Shown: positions 26,330 through 40,596, counted from the stretch's first letter. The stretch is 64,000 bases of DNA from Obrimoposthia wandeli (GCA_977020255.1 CDROCS010000192.1:1-64000), one strand, 5' to 3'. Translations and numbers: made by a program. Notes: a model not told the origin generated them from the letters alone.

Positions 26330-27950
26330 ACCATTCTCCCTGAAGTTTTAGACCAACTTGTCATTTAAACGAACTCCTTGGAACTTTGCAGCATTGTCAA
26401 ATTTTATCCGAACTTTCATTGTTTCTTTATCTTTTCTTATTACTGAAAAAATGTAGAATCAGCCACTTTGCATCTTTCTTTTCTTCCTCATCAATATTTT
26501 ATACATAAACTTTTTACATGATTTTCTATTGTTGAGATGTATTTCTTTTTCAACTGTACATTTTAATTAATCCTACCATAAATCTTCCATTGTGTAACTT
26601 AATTATCTCAAGTGTTTTATCCATGACTTTCTTATCTTCAATCGACTGCTACTCAAATGGTTCCATTTCTTAAACTTTTGTCACTTGTTCTTCCAATCAA
26701 GTATCAGGGTGAAATGTTTTTTATAAAATTAGTTTAATGTCTAACCAAGGTACTATTTTCTACTTTACATACAGAGGTCCAACCAAAGGGCGTTAACCTT
26801 GCTACTGATTCACCACTTCGTACTCATATCTCCACTACGGCCTTGTGCAGTTGAATATGGTTGCAGCAATAAGCCCATCTACCGTGTTCTTACCTTTAAA
26901 CAACAGAAATCTAATTGAATTTAAATTAGGCAACTTTGGTCTCTCCGTCTTTTAATATATCTCCCAAAGTTTTCCAGTCACTTCCTTTATAGCCAAGGCT
27001 TGAAATCTTGTCCATAACCTTTGATACATGCTAAACATTGTTATATCCACAGGAATCGTCTGCATTATCTCTATATGTTCACGATCACTCCGACTGGAAC
27101 CTAAGTAGATATCCAATTCAACTGCATTTACATACAATATCAAAATTTACATAACTTGTGGTGCTTGCGTCATCTAATAGAGAATTTAACTGAAGAGCAC
27201 TTTCTCTGCTTTTAATCTAATCATTTGTTATCGAACCTTGTCACTTCTTTCTAATTGAGTCACAAATATTGTATCATTATAACAACTGTTTATATTGACA
27301 TTCATGTTATCTTTGACTGAGTGCAATAATCAATTATGTTTATCTGTTTTGGGGCGTTTACAATCATTTATTAAGTGACCTTTTCGTAAGCAATTACCAT
27401 ATGCCTTCATCTCTTGAACTGCCTTATATTTGTCATTGAGCTGTAGCGCTTAAAAACCAAAACATTGGTCTAAATAAATATTCTTTCCACATTTGAAACA
27501 TGTCTTCAGTCACTCATTTCTCTGTTCCGTATTGTTGCCTTCTTTATTGCTAAAATATGACTTTTGATCTATTCGAATTAATGATTTTCTATACCTCCAT
27601 CGCCTTTCTCAAGTAATTAGCTTTATCTTGAACCCATATTATGAGATTCTCTACTGTTTGATTTTCACCTATCTTTGAGTTCCATCTTTCCCAATTTACG
27701 ATTCTCAGTTCTGAGAGTTTTTGTAAGATCATTTGTAGTATATTTTGTAGTAATCTAATCCCTAATCTGTGTTTCCTTTATAGCTAGCTAATACTGTATT
27801 TCGATCTCGTCAAAACCCCTTTTTCTAAACGTTTCTATCGTACTCCCTGTTTTAAAATCTCTTCGTCACTTAAACCTCCTTTTAATATCAACCAGTTTGA
27901 GCGTATAGGATGCTTACATTTATTTTATTTTTGAAATTTTCCAATTTTTT
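26330..27950 (-). mobile_element. BEL/Pao LTR retrotransposon remnant (gag, protease, start of RT)
   Basis: Minus-strand motifs GNCLRKGHLINDCK...KHN.LLH (gag), LLDDASTTSYV (protease), VARLTPFGWT, and HFSVIRKDKETMKVRIKFDNAAKFQGVRLND (RT). Confidence 0.85.
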
Positions 27951-28169
27951 CTCACGTGTATGGACTGTAGAATACCACCACCACTAAATTGCTGTATAGG
28001 AATTTGTGAATTATATATAAAAAGTAATGTATAATTGTTTTTATAAAACTTACACACCCTTCCTCATATCTCCATTACGGCCTTGTGCAGTTGAATATTG
28101 TCTGAGTGGAGCGATATATAGATAGGGTCTCTATCGCTCCAACTACACACACATTCAAGATCTATGATT

Positions 28170-29400
28170 TAAAAAAATAAATTAATTTAAAATATTCTCT
28201 ACTTCATGATACACACATAAACATAGTCAAAAACTTAAGAAATTACTGCGAAATTTTCAAATAAACTGTTTTAATAACACATTTTTATTGGACGATGAAA
28301 AAGGGTTTGTTCAATTTTAGTGTAAATAATAAGACATGTTTTCGTTATTTTTCATTAATTTTAAATCATCAAAATGATAATCTACAGAACAATGGAGAAC
28401 AAGGAGTATTCGATGTTCTTCGCTATACATCGGGCTCACTTGTTCAGCTTCACGGTCAACAGCAAGACAAAGACTGTCCTTTATTTGGTGGGCAATTCTT
28501 CGAATGGTCTAGCCTCAGCTCCAGTAGTTACTTTTCAATCTGCTTTTTGTCCATAAATCGCCCCGTCTGTTGCCTCTCCGGTTACAACGCCTGCTGCTGA
28601 ATCATCCACTCAACTTTCCAAAAATGTGTGGATAGAGGTCATCAGCTAAGCAGATTTTGAGGATACATGATTATTAGTCTCTAAGAGCAGCAACACTACC
28701 AGCAGCTGCAACAGCAACAGAAACAGCACGAGGAGAAGTGATACAGAGATCCAAATACATCGACCTGATTAGTCAGGATTCGGTAGAAGATTTAGTAGAC
28801 TGTACTTCTCAGTGCAATACAGTCAACGTTGTTCGGACGCCAAGTTCAGCGGAATCAGCAAGGTGACCATCGCTAACATCGGTGAGGAAGAGGACAAACA
28901 TATTCAACAACTAAGAGGCCAGCATCAAACGCTAATGTATATGACAATTGAAACCATTGTTTCAACCAGAGACAGTTTTCGCTCTAGACTCCGACAAGGA
29001 CTTGTTCGGCGATGTAGAACCTGCTCTCAATAGAACCACTTTCCTTTGTCTAAGATTGGATCAGTGTGACTCCGACTCTCCAATCAAATTATGTCACACG
29101 AGCAATCAGCGACAGCATCATGGTCAATTATGACGAGAATAAGGACTTACCGCCATTCCTCGACGAATGGGACAGTGTCATGATAACTTTTTTAACACGC
29201 AGCGAAGCTCCAGCCAGAAGTGATTAAATCATCGCTGAGTTGGACGATGACGAGTGGCAACTCTTCGCCGACAAATGGGAAGGTATTACTCCATCAACTG
29301 CTGCTAATCCTACTCCTACTGCAAATGACTCAGTGCTGCTGCCAGAGCCCGTATTTAAAAGGCCTCAGACTCATGTGAGATGAGCTAGGAAAATAAAGAC
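28170..29400 (+). mobile_element. Polinton subterminal region plus degenerate terminal accessory gene (element D)
   Basis: 28170-28370 is an inverted homolog of 17360-17650 and 1090-1230. Peptides are homologous to 102-1000. No clean AGTAGG terminus was found. Confidence 0.65.
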
Positions 29401-29855
29401 GACAAATGAAATTGTATTATTTATTTAAATCATTTTTTCATTTATATTTTTTCAGAAACTCCAACTTAATATGGCTTCATCTGTGACTACGGTGGATATA
29501 CATATGGAAACAGAGATAATCGCCAATTAATGCGGCCAGGAGTTATTAATTACTTTCCCTTCCTTTATGCATTCAAACATTCTCTCCAACAACTATCTTA
29601 CAACATTTAACCAAAGATAATTTCTTTGCCACAATCACTTGTTCTAGAAATGTGCAACACAGCTTACAAATTTCTGAATCAGACGCGCTTGTGGTGTTGG
29701 ATGTTCCCTGTTACTCCCATTCAACTCCCCTTTGTAGCACAAAAGAAACCAATTATCAAAAAAACTCAAATTTTAATTAATAAATCATTACGCAAGATCA
29801 TACGAAAGGGTCATATGCTAGTAGATAGGCGATCAATGAAATTTAGATTTTAAAA

Positions 29856-29933
29856 ATGTACTGTCAGCTTTGCAGAACCAAAGTTATGAATGAGTATTCA
29901 TTCAATTCTCATCTAAATGGAAAATATCACAAG
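29856..29933 (+). pseudogene. U1/matrin-type C2H2 zinc-finger exon fragment
   Basis: YCQLCRTKVMNEYSFNSHLNGKYHK followed by a GTATGG donor. In-frame stops upstream; candidate short intron at ~29413-29455. Confidence 0.55.
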
Positions 29934-30042
29934 GTATGGTATATATTTATTTATATACATTTACTTTTGTAAAAAAATATTCTACAACAATCAATACAAA
30001 TGAATATTAAAGCGGCTAGGAGATGTTAGTTAAACAAAATAA

Positions 30043-30255
30043 TGTTACATATTAATTTATTCAACATTGTAAGCAAATATTCTACTTCTTCTGTTATTTA
30101 AACTATTGTATATTATTTGTTAGTAAAATTGACTTTCAATTTAAATAATAATAATATAATAATAAATGGGATTTAAAACTGTAGATATAATGCGTAATAA
30201 TTGTTGTTTGAATATTGTGAATATATATTTTGTGTGTTAATTTGAATTTGTAACA
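30043..30255 (+). repeat. Putative 5' LTR
   Basis: Starts TGTTACA and ends TGTAACA (inverted termini), contains AATAAA, and lies immediately upstream of a PBS. Confidence 0.6.
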
Positions 30256-30258
30256 TCA

Positions 30259-30278
30259 TGGCGTCGCGAGCAGGATTT
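30259..30278 (+). promoter_or_regulatory. Primer-binding site, probably tRNA-Ser
   Basis: TGGCGTCGCGAGCAGGATTT is complementary to a ...AATCCTGCTCGCGACG-CCA tRNA 3' end and lies 3 nt after the LTR. The tRNA identity is from recalled tRNA-Ser ends, not a search. Confidence 0.65.
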
Positions 30279-33200
30279 GAAGAAATGCTCAATTTTTTTA
30301 CAGAAAATTTTAATACCTATCAAATTTTTAATATAGGTGAAGATATTCAAAAACATTTAAAGAAAGTAGAAGAATATTTTAAGAAATAACATTTAACTGA
30401 AGAAAAAACCAAAATTACCATTTTAATTGAAAGTTTGTCAGATGATGCCCAATGTGAAGTATAATCCATTCCAAAATTTTAAGATTACCAAGAAGATTAT
30501 GACTGGATTAAAGATTTAATTAATAAATTATATTATAAAGAAATCTTCTAAAACAGCCCAATTAGTAAACATATTGGGTTTGACACAAGATCAATGAACT
30601 TTAAGGGAATACCTAACTGCAATAAGAGTTAGAAGATTTAAATAGTTGGGTGACGACGACAATATATCAAGAGAAAAGATATTACTATCCATATTTTTAA
30701 AAGGAATTAATAACTGCAAGGCAGCTGAACTAATTAACCCAGCAACTCTTGAAGAGGCATTTAACCTCATTAAAAAAGAAGACAGAAAAATAGAGAAGAA
30801 ACTGTACGAATGATCGGAAATGATGGAGCTTCTGATCAAACAGCTGAAATTGAATATTTTAAAAAAAATATAACACATTTAAAACAGAAAATTAAGAATC
30901 TATGTGTATCCAGAATAAGACATATCAAGACAAACCACAACATAAGTGTTAAACTTGTAACAGAGAAGGCCACATTGCTAAAAACTGCAAAAAATCGATA
31001 CAATGTTCGAAATGTAACAGAGTAGGCCATTTATCACGATATTGTAGATCACATTTAAAGCCAAGTACCCAATTCAGAACAATAAACAAGTCAGAAGATC
31101 ATGAATCAATTAATTACGACAATGAAACACTGAATGGCAACGACATTGCTCAAATTACGGACGAAGCAGACGAAGATATTTTTGGGGTTAATGAATTTCA
31201 AATGGTAAAAAAGAAAAGAGATAATGTTTCTGGTGACTTATAATTAATTTCTGAAAGTTATAATAGGTATTAAAGACATGAATTATCTAGGGATAAGTTT
31301 ATTCCTAAAATATCATTGTATTAAATTTAATGATATAGAAATTCCATTTCTGTCAAAAGTTATGGATGTGACGGAAAACTGAAAGGCACTACTTGTATGA
31401 GTCTGCAGAGTAGTGCACTAGAGGTGAAGAGGACTCAGTTTAATTTTCTTAGAATTATAAACTATAAAAAGTAGAGAAGAAATAGAGATTTTAGTTAAAA
31501 TTTTAAAAATTTAGTTAAAATGTGATATTTATTCAATAAATCAAGTTATGTTCCTTCCGTGTAAAGATAAGTTTGGCGGACTTAGGTTTATTAGCGGCAA
31601 ATAGCATTTCATATGTTTTTAATAATGGTGTATTTCCTGTCAGAGTTATCAATGTATATTATTCTCTATAAAAATACGAAAGTAGGTAAGGCTGAGATAA
31701 TCGAAGAATATGTAGATTAAAAAAAGGAAATATGTACATTGGAGACTGATGATAATCAATATAAGCACCTAAAAATATTTTTGATTCAATTAATGAAGAA
31801 AAATCAAAATTTGCTAAAGAAGGCAAAATGCAGTAACTAATCGTCCAATACACCCTATTCTTGATAGTCAACAGTTGTTTGACACACTTTAAGGGTCAAA
31901 AATATTTAGTGCTTTAGACTTATCTAGTGGATACTACAACGGCGAAATTTATGAGAAAGATAGGGAGAAAACAGAGAACAATATGAATTTAAAAGAATGC
32001 CATTTGGTCTTTGTGGAGCACCAGCAACTTTTCAGAAATTAATGAATTTAATTTTAAAAGAAGAAAATTTTGAAAAGTGTTTAGTTTATTTCGATGATAT
32101 CTTGATATTAGGAAAAACAGAAATAGAACACAATGAACGACTTCAATTAATTCTTCAGAAGATGCGAGAGGCGGGAATTAAATTATCACATTGTAAATGT
32201 AGTTTTCTGAGAGAGTCAATCAAATACTTAATCAAATACACATTATATCAGAGAAAGGAATTGAAACCGATTCGGAGAAAATTGAGAGTGTTGTAAAATG
32301 GAAATCTCCAAATACGAATTTAGAATTAAAATGTTCTTTAGGATTTTGCAATTATTATAGGAAATTTGTTCATAAGTACTCAGAAATAGTTAGACGACTT
32401 GAAAACTTACTACGAGAAGCTAATGCAAGTATTAATAAATCACGAGAAAATGGATTAGACTGAACCGTGGAACATCAAACCGCTTTCGAAAATTTAAAAC
32501 ATGCCCTGACTAAAGCTCCTGTTCTATCATATCCTAATAAAATAGATATATTCATTTTAGACACCGATGCTAGTTATTTTGAACTAGGAGCTGTGTTAAG
32601 TCAAATTTTAAAATGGAGATGAAAATCTTAATTGTTATGGATCGAAAGAATTATCTAAAACTGAAGTAATGTACTGTGTGTCAAGGAAAGAGTTGCTGGC
32701 AATATATTATGTTGTTAAGCAGTATATACATTATTTAACAGGCAAAAGTTTAAAATTCGTACAGATCACAAAAGTATTACTTGGATGCTAAATTGGAAGA
32801 AACCAAACACGTTACAATACTGTTCCTGAACCTGCACAATCTGATCTCGAAGTTTTTTATTTTTTATTACCAAAATTGTACTTCATTCTTTTTCAATTTT
32901 GTTGTACAATTAATTGTATTTAATATGTGTTTCAAAACTAATTTGTTTAAATACTTCAATAGCAATAATAAAAAGCCTGCGCAAATTGAAATTTTTAGAA
33001 AAAATATAATAAAGTTTTAAATTTTATAAAATATTTTGCTTTATTTTTATAAATAACTTTAATACATCTTCTAAAAACGTTTTGCTGTAAAATTAAAATA
33101 TGTTTAACTTTAGCAAATATCTACAAATTAATTTGGCATAAATTAATTTTTAAAATTTTTTTTCCTCAGGACCCCTTAACCTATGCATGACTATGAGGGT

Positions 33201-35869
33201 ATGGCTGAACAAACCCAACCATGTTATTAAATAATCATATTGATTCAAAATCCGAACCTTACATTTTGAACGTGGATAAAATATATACATGGTTTAACAC
33301 AATTCTTAGAAACACAACTATGTACCTAAATATGTAGAATTCCAACTGTTTTCAATCCTTTCATATATCATCGACCATACCATTATGGTTGAAGTCACTT
33401 TCTAAAGACGAACCCAACCATGTATTCTAACCTTAACAGTTGGAACTTGGTTGTGTCTTTGATCCAACCCCTTCATCTAAAGTCGATCACAACCCTTTAG
33501 ATGTGTTTCTAAACATAGGATAACTCAACCATACCTTCAAACCTTCATAACCTTTCTCAGCCAGATCCTTATGATGTCGATGACAGCCTTCAGAGGATTA
33601 TATAATCACCTGGTATACACACATTCATTTTCGGTCAGTGTATGCACAAAGGAGGAGAGGGGACCAAATAGAGTCAGACTCTATCTTTCTATCTACTCAT
33701 TGAATTCTCTATTTTAATCATATAATTTAGAATTTAAGTCTATTTTATAATAATCATAAACGAATTATATTTTTAAATCGTTATTATTTGAAATAGTCTA
33801 CTTTGTATAATTGAATTGTCTAAGTATATTAAAGGCTATTCTGTTCTGAAATTGAAGACAGAAAAGGTTGAAGGATACATAAGGTCTCACCGTTTTAGAT
33901 AGGATTTTCTCCGAGGTATAATTTTAATTTTGTTAGTAATAAACGTATTTAAATTTTCAATGCGTATATATTTGAATAACTTGATACCCAGAGCTGTATT
34001 AAATCTCAAATTAATCAAGAAGAGTTAAAAACTTGCAGGAAGGCCGAGACCCAAACTGACCCAAATCAACCCATACCGTATATCGAAAAAAGTCGATTTT
34101 CAGCAGAATCGTCCGGTTTATAACCACCCATCTATACTCAGTCAAACTATTTTTAAATCAAGCCAGGATTTGGCTTAACTGGTTGTAAACTAAGACCTAC
34201 ACCATACTCCAATAGTTTTCAAGAAACATTTTGAATAACCAAACGCATCACAAATACACAAAACAAATGCTTTCAGACTTGATTGGACTAGGTAGGTCTA
34301 GAATACCTATATCTATAGAACTCACATTAAGGGCCTCCACACGAGTATTCTAAGATAAGAATTTCTAGAAAACCGCATCAAATTCAACTTTTCAATTTGT
34401 TGACTAGCAGTATCAAATTTAGTTTCCTTGGACATTTTCTTGGGATTTTACAGAATGTTTTCTTTATTGCATTATTTACTCCAATTTATTCATTGAGTAC
34501 TGTTTTTTATAAGTTTTTTTCACATTCTCAATCTTTTTTGCAGGGTTTTAGGTTTCGTATTTGGACTTACTCCATGTGATAATTGTTTTCTCTCTCAAAC
34601 AACATTTAAATATACTTTTTAAAATATGTTTAATCTAAAAAGAGGATTTATAGTGATATCTTGAAATTCATTAATTGAATATTACAAGAAAAAACATGTC
34701 TTGATAAAAAAAATCTATACCTTACTGATCTCAGCGATTTTTCAATAATACTAGGTAATGTTCATTTAAATCCCTTCTTCTATATTTTCTTCTCTGGCGA
34801 AATAGACATTGAATAATGAATGTTACTGCAACGTTTCTATGTCTAGCAATTTTTGTAAATAATTATTGAATTCTGATTTATTATTTACTTCATCAAACAT
34901 GCAATATATAACTATAACAACACCCAATGTCCCTCTATCAGACTAATTTTCATCAAATCCATTAACAACTTTTAATGGATTCAATTTAACCAATTCAGCA
35001 TATGTTAGACCATGTTCATTTGCGCCATCCTAATGTCATTAAATCTTTTGAATTTTTTGTTAAATATGAACTTTTTTTGCAATAATTTAGTTACATAATA
35101 GATTTTTACACTATCTATTAATCCAACTATCTGATATACTGCATCGTTTTAAAGTTTCATTATTAAATAAAAAGAAGTCAAAATTTTTAATTTGTTGTTA
35201 CATTTTACTAAGATTAGTCGATTGGTTAAAAAACTCTCACATTTTAATTTTCAATTTGTGATATTTAGCAGCTTGAACACTAGGATCATGATACATACTG
35301 TTAAGCAAATCAACAAATAGTCATTTATCTTTTTGTAAACCACTTTTATATGTCCATATGCTTTATAAATAATTTGTATCTACCTAACTTGATTTTTTGC
35401 TTCAGTAGATTTTGTAGTATGTTCTTATGCTTAACACATTTTTCTATATTATTCTGTTAAGTCGAATAGTTAATTCCACTAAATTTACCAATAACAGATG
35501 AAAGAAATGATATTAGAGTAAATGCTCTATTAGAATTTGTTGAATTTTTTTATGTTTTTAAAATAATAATTAAAGTGCTCATCTTTCTTTTTCAAAATTG
35601 TTTCAAATAATTTTTATAGTCTTTAAACATTATGAAATCTTGCGCACACACACTCACATAAATTTTATATAAAAAACTTCCCAATTTTAAATGATCATAA
35701 TCATTATGGAACCGTTTCCATGAACATATTTAATAAATATTTATCTATACTTTGAATTGTGAATTTTGTTCGATCAAGTATTGATTTTTTTTTATCATGT
35801 GACTTTTGTTTTAATGGAGTGATTTAGCACAATGTTTAAAAATATAATCTAATAATTATTTTCTGACCC

Positions 35870-36231
35870 CTGGCCTCGAACGACAGAAAGGGTTCCAGGT
35901 ATGACTCATAAATTTTCTACCATGGGGTTGAACAGTATTTATTTATGTTTTTGTGAGGAGTACTGGATTTAAGTTTTTGATGATGTCACAGACTTGTGTG
36001 TGGTTTATATACTTGAAGGCTCCACACACGGGGTTCGTATGACACAAGCGTTTACAGGAACCGATTTTGGGAACCTTGACAGCGTTTTTGTAGTAATTAT
36101 AAACATAACTACGGGTCCACATAAGAGGGCCAGACACCCATTGACCGCCACAGTGATCTGTAGCCTTGCCTCCAGTCGTTAAGGTGCATAACTTCCAAGT
36201 AAACACTTTTCGTGTTGAGAATGCGCAATAC
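35870..36231 (-). pseudogene. PAN/Apple-domain exon (family B, copy 2), disrupted
   Basis: VFTWKLC...CGGQW...CKRLCHTNPVCGAFKY....CDIIKNLN aligns with 19275-19635. A 1-nt frameshift follows the acceptor (36232) and there is an in-frame TAA at 35943. Confidence 0.7.
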
Positions 36232-39149
36232 CTGCAGTGAAAATGTGAATTAAAAATTATTTTTCAATATAACTCCGAAGAACAAATGATTTTATCAAGC
36301 TCGTCTATTTTGAAAGCACTACAAGTTACATATCCGATGATAATGTAGAAATTTAGCAAACTAATTTCAAATTATTTTGTTTTAAAAACAGGTTTAAATA
36401 AAATTTGATGTTAGTTTAAAACAGAATTAAATAATATTTTTTATAATTATCGTTTATTTTTAGCAAGTTTATCGGAAATAAATTTTATAAATTACACTGT
36501 AATTAAAAATGAGAAATAAACATAAAAGTATAAATCATATGAAACTATATTTTAATTGTGAAATACTAGTTCATTAAATTATTATTAAATTTTAAAGAGG
36601 TTATATTTAAAGCCGACCTTTAATGAATTTATTATACGAATTCTTTTACTGTATTAGACAAATTGAGAAGAAAACAAACAATTTTTCATTGTGATTTAAA
36701 TATTCTTTACTTATAAAACTAATTTCAAATAATTTAATCATTATCACTCAATTATTTTTAAAATATTTAATTAATTCTAAATATTCTAAAACTAAAACTA
36801 AAAATGTTTTTAACATTTACTCTAAAGATGTCCAAAGAAATTTGTGAAAATTTTGATATACAAAACTACAACCGTCAAATTGAATAACATTTGTGAGGTA
36901 GCTAAAATAAAATATAATTAATTTTAATTACTTTATTAAATTATTTTATTTATATGATTCTAGTATGATTGCAAGTGTGATTAAATGAATGAATAATATG
37001 ACCAGTAACTGAATTATCACATTATATCCTCAGTCGAAGGCAAAGGAAGTAACAAGAACTATAGGCCATTTGTTTTTGTTTTAATATAAATTAAAAATAT
37101 GAATGTATTGACTCGAAATGAATCTAACGTGACAACCATTTAAACATGGTACAGTATCAAATTGGATAGAATATAGGATGTTTTATCGAAGATATTCAGA
37201 TATTCTAAAATTGAAGCAAATGGCAAAAGTAAAAATGCAGTACATTTGGGTACAATAATTTTTATCGACAGAAGCAGCGAAGAAATTTCAAACAGTAGAA
37301 CCAAAGAAGAAGTATCGAGAAAGTCTTCTGTAAATTTAGAGAAAGATGACAGCTACATGGGACTTTAAGAAGAATTCGATGTCGGTGTCAGAATGTTTTG
37401 CGAAAATCTACAAGTTGACAGAAAAATGGTTTTAATATTAATTAGACAAAGAAAACTTCAAGATACTTCTCATCCCTAATTATTTTATTGAACATTCATT
37501 ACCAACGGATGAAAATAGGGATCCAATGATAAATAATTATACTATGAACATTTATGTGCAGCTGTTAGATAAAAAAAACATTTTTATATATCTGTATAAA
37601 TATATATATAAAGTTTAATGAAAATAAAAGTTGCTGTCATCTTTCCTTTTACATTGTCAGTTATTTATTGAACGTACAATTTATTTGTTTAAAATTTTCT
37701 TTTTGGTATTCCATAGTCTTGTTCGAACGTTTTATCGAATAGTACCTGTACAATATGTTTCAAATAGTTGGAGATCTTAACTTGATGTTCTCACGTCAAC
37801 TATGATTTAAATAAACGGTTATTTGGGCAAGAGTAAAAAACGGTGAAAATTGATTCCTAATCTCATTGATAAGTTCAGGTTCAATAAAATCCTGAAATAT
37901 AAATGTTTATTTTTATAAAATTATATATTATCTTAAGGTTCTATTGTAACAAACCCGCAAGCAAGGACGTTTATAGGCTATTAAAATTTATTCAGACAAT
38001 CAGAAAATACAGGAACTCAACATAATACTTATATAGTTAAGGAGAAGATTGTTGAGAATTTTAAGAAACGAAGCGTCAACAGAAGAAGGTGGAAGTTGAT
38101 GAAAAAGATGCTAGTATAATTTAAAATTACCTTGTAAATCAATAAGTTCTGATTTTGTAACACTTCGATTTCTTTATTATTTTTATATAGTCAGATATTA
38201 ATTAGATTTAAACTTTTAGTATACCACACTACTTTTAATTAATAGTGGTGTGAAATTTTTAAATAAAAAAAGTTTTGGATAGTAGTGGACCGACAGTTTT
38301 TCAGTTCACGTTTGAGCAATTGGCCCAGTAGATATTTTCACCATAAATAACTTGGTTCACTGACCACACCCCATTCAAAATCCAACAATCAAGAAGTTTG
38401 AATTTAACAGTTTGGATTTGAAATAAAAAATTTTAAACAATTTTCAATTTTAATTCTGATAAAATTTCAAACTTTAAACTATGATAAAATTCATCATTTT
38501 TCAATTTGATTTGACCTTACAAACTAACCAAAAATACTTAAACGATATCTATCTTATGTGAATTTGCCATTTAGATGAAGATATAGTATCGAGAAAATAT
38601 GAGTTGTAGTTAGTTTTCGAATTGATCAAAGTTCGGTACTAAAATACTATTTTAAGTATTAAGGTATTTGGATTCTAAACATTTGAATTGACCTTGTTTG
38701 TTTTGACTTTCTAATTGACTGAGTCATTTATACTTTTCGCCGTATTAGTATGTAGATGTGTCATAGACTTTGTATAAGCAGATTTTCAGTTAGCTCTTCA
38801 AACATCTAAAACAACAACAATTCTTTAAATATTCTTTTTAAAAATTCTTTAAATATCATAGGAAAATTCTCTGAAAAATTTCCTAAAAAGCACTTCGATA
38901 ATCTTAAGATTTTATTATGTTTGTCAAAACGTTTTTTAAAGAGCTTAGATTTAAATATATGTATATTTAACAACAACAAAAACTTAACTCTATTTTAATA
39001 ATAGTAATAATATATGTAATATAGGCCTAATATTTGATAAATTTATGATTTATTAGTCACAAGCGCTTTCTGTTTACCATTATTCTTCGTAATATTTCCT
39101 CAATAGTGAGGCCTTCAACTGCTTCTCGAATTTATCAACATTGATACAG

Positions 39150-39444
39150 TTTCTTATATTCATCGAATTTTTTGTTAAAGATTTGGAGCATAAATTTAAA
39201 ATATTTCAGGACTCTGTTTGTTTTTTGAGCATTTTTTTTACCAGTCTGCTGTCATCATCAAAGCACCTAAAATGCATATACACATTCCAGGCACTTCGCT
39301 ATCATGACAGACATATTTTTCCTCCCTAGTTGGCCATACGCCACTGTTGTCTAGATCTTCTTCTATACATATCTGGCCTATTAACAAGACTACAAATATA
39401 GTCATTATGCCAAAACCGGGTCTTCGTAATAATAACACATTCAT
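39150..39444 (-). pseudogene. Signal peptide + PAN exon (family A, copy 3), disrupted
   Basis: Hydrophobic N-terminus, VWPTREEKYVC..EVPGMC, then DW*KKCSKNK and a frameshifted NLCS, matching family A order. Confidence 0.55.
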
Positions 39445-40270
39445 TCAGCTAAATTCGCAGCACCATGATAAATTGTGATGACTAAAAACCAAAAATGAAC
39501 AAAGAAAAAATTTCAATTACAATAACAACTAACAGTCGTCCCATTCCATGCGTCTTGTAGACGTGCGTTGAATGGAGCTTTTGTTTAGGGATTTTAGCGA
39601 AATTAAATATTTGTTAGAAAATTTAACAAATTGTCAGAAATCAGTCGTTAAATTATTTTGAAAATAAACAAAAAGATCCCGCCTTAATAATTTTTAGTGA
39701 TTCTTTTTAATTATAATAAATTTATAGTATGTATAATTTTTTTAATTCATTAAAAAAAGCCATCTAAACTATATGTTACATTTGGTTAACAAATAATGAA
39801 AACGATGTAAATTATCGGTCACACAGTGCATGAAACCTTTTTTTTCCCACGACATGTGCAATGCCTATTGATTTGGCAGTTGGCATGAAACATGGTTCTT
39901 TTGACGGGATAAACAACTCATGTCTTTCTATTTTGTAATTGAAAGTCCTGTACCCGCATTTGATGAACTTTTCGATAGTCATTGAGAAACAAACCACATT
40001 TTTGTATATTTAAAAAAGTTATGAAAGCAATTATTAATTTAAGTAAAGATGTCATAAGAAGAAAATGAATTCAAAGTGTAAAGATATATCAAGAGCTGAT
40101 CAAAGATTTTCAGATATGAAGATTATGAAGATACATTATTTAATCAAGAAACAAAATATCTAAATAATTATAGATTATAAGAGATAAAGGTAATAAATTA
40201 GATTTGCAAAGCCAAATGCATTTAATTGAGTAGGTGGATGTGTCCGGTCTAATCCACACCCCCTCCCCCA

Positions 40271-40369
40271 CCTGTCCTTTAAAACCGTGCATGTGTGTGG
40301 AGTGAAATTTCGTGTAGGTGTGTGGAGTGAAATTTCACTCCACACACATGCACGGTTTTAAAGGACAGG
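40271..40369. repeat. Perfect 41-bp inverted repeat in the Polinton terminus
   Basis: 40271-40311 is the exact reverse complement of 40329-40369, with a 17-nt spacer. Confidence 0.92.
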
Positions 40370-40528
40370 GAGGGGGGGTCACAAATTTTTTTTAGCGCCC
40401 ATTGGCGCGAAAGGCTCGGGACTGGTGTATATCACAGACTTCCTTGGGTAATGGGTGTATGTCGGTGGGTGTTGGGTGAAAGTCGGTGGGCGTTGGGCGT
40501 TGGGCTGGAGGTGGTTCACCACCAACAC

Positions 40529-40596
40529 TACACCACACCACACCACACCACACCACACCACACCACACCACACCACACCACACCACACCACACCAC
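40529..40596. repeat. (CACCA)n pentamer array
   Basis: About 13 copies here; about 5 in the inverted copy at ~50222-50250. Confidence 0.9.

Larger units (their letters stand above)
30043..32830 (+). mobile_element. Ty3/Gypsy LTR retrotransposon remnant (5' LTR, gag, RT, RNase H; truncated)
   Basis: MPFGLCGAPATFQKLM...LVYFDDILI (RT); LGFCNYYRKF; FILDTDAS...LGAVLSQ, KELLAI and RTDHKS (RNase H). Multiple stops and frameshifts. Confidence 0.92.

Noticed and set aside
26129-28140. Hairpins at 26129-26186 and ~28108-28140 as Helitron 3' ends or terminators
   Set aside because: No CTRR end at the expected distance, and intrinsic terminators are not relevant in this eukaryotic context.
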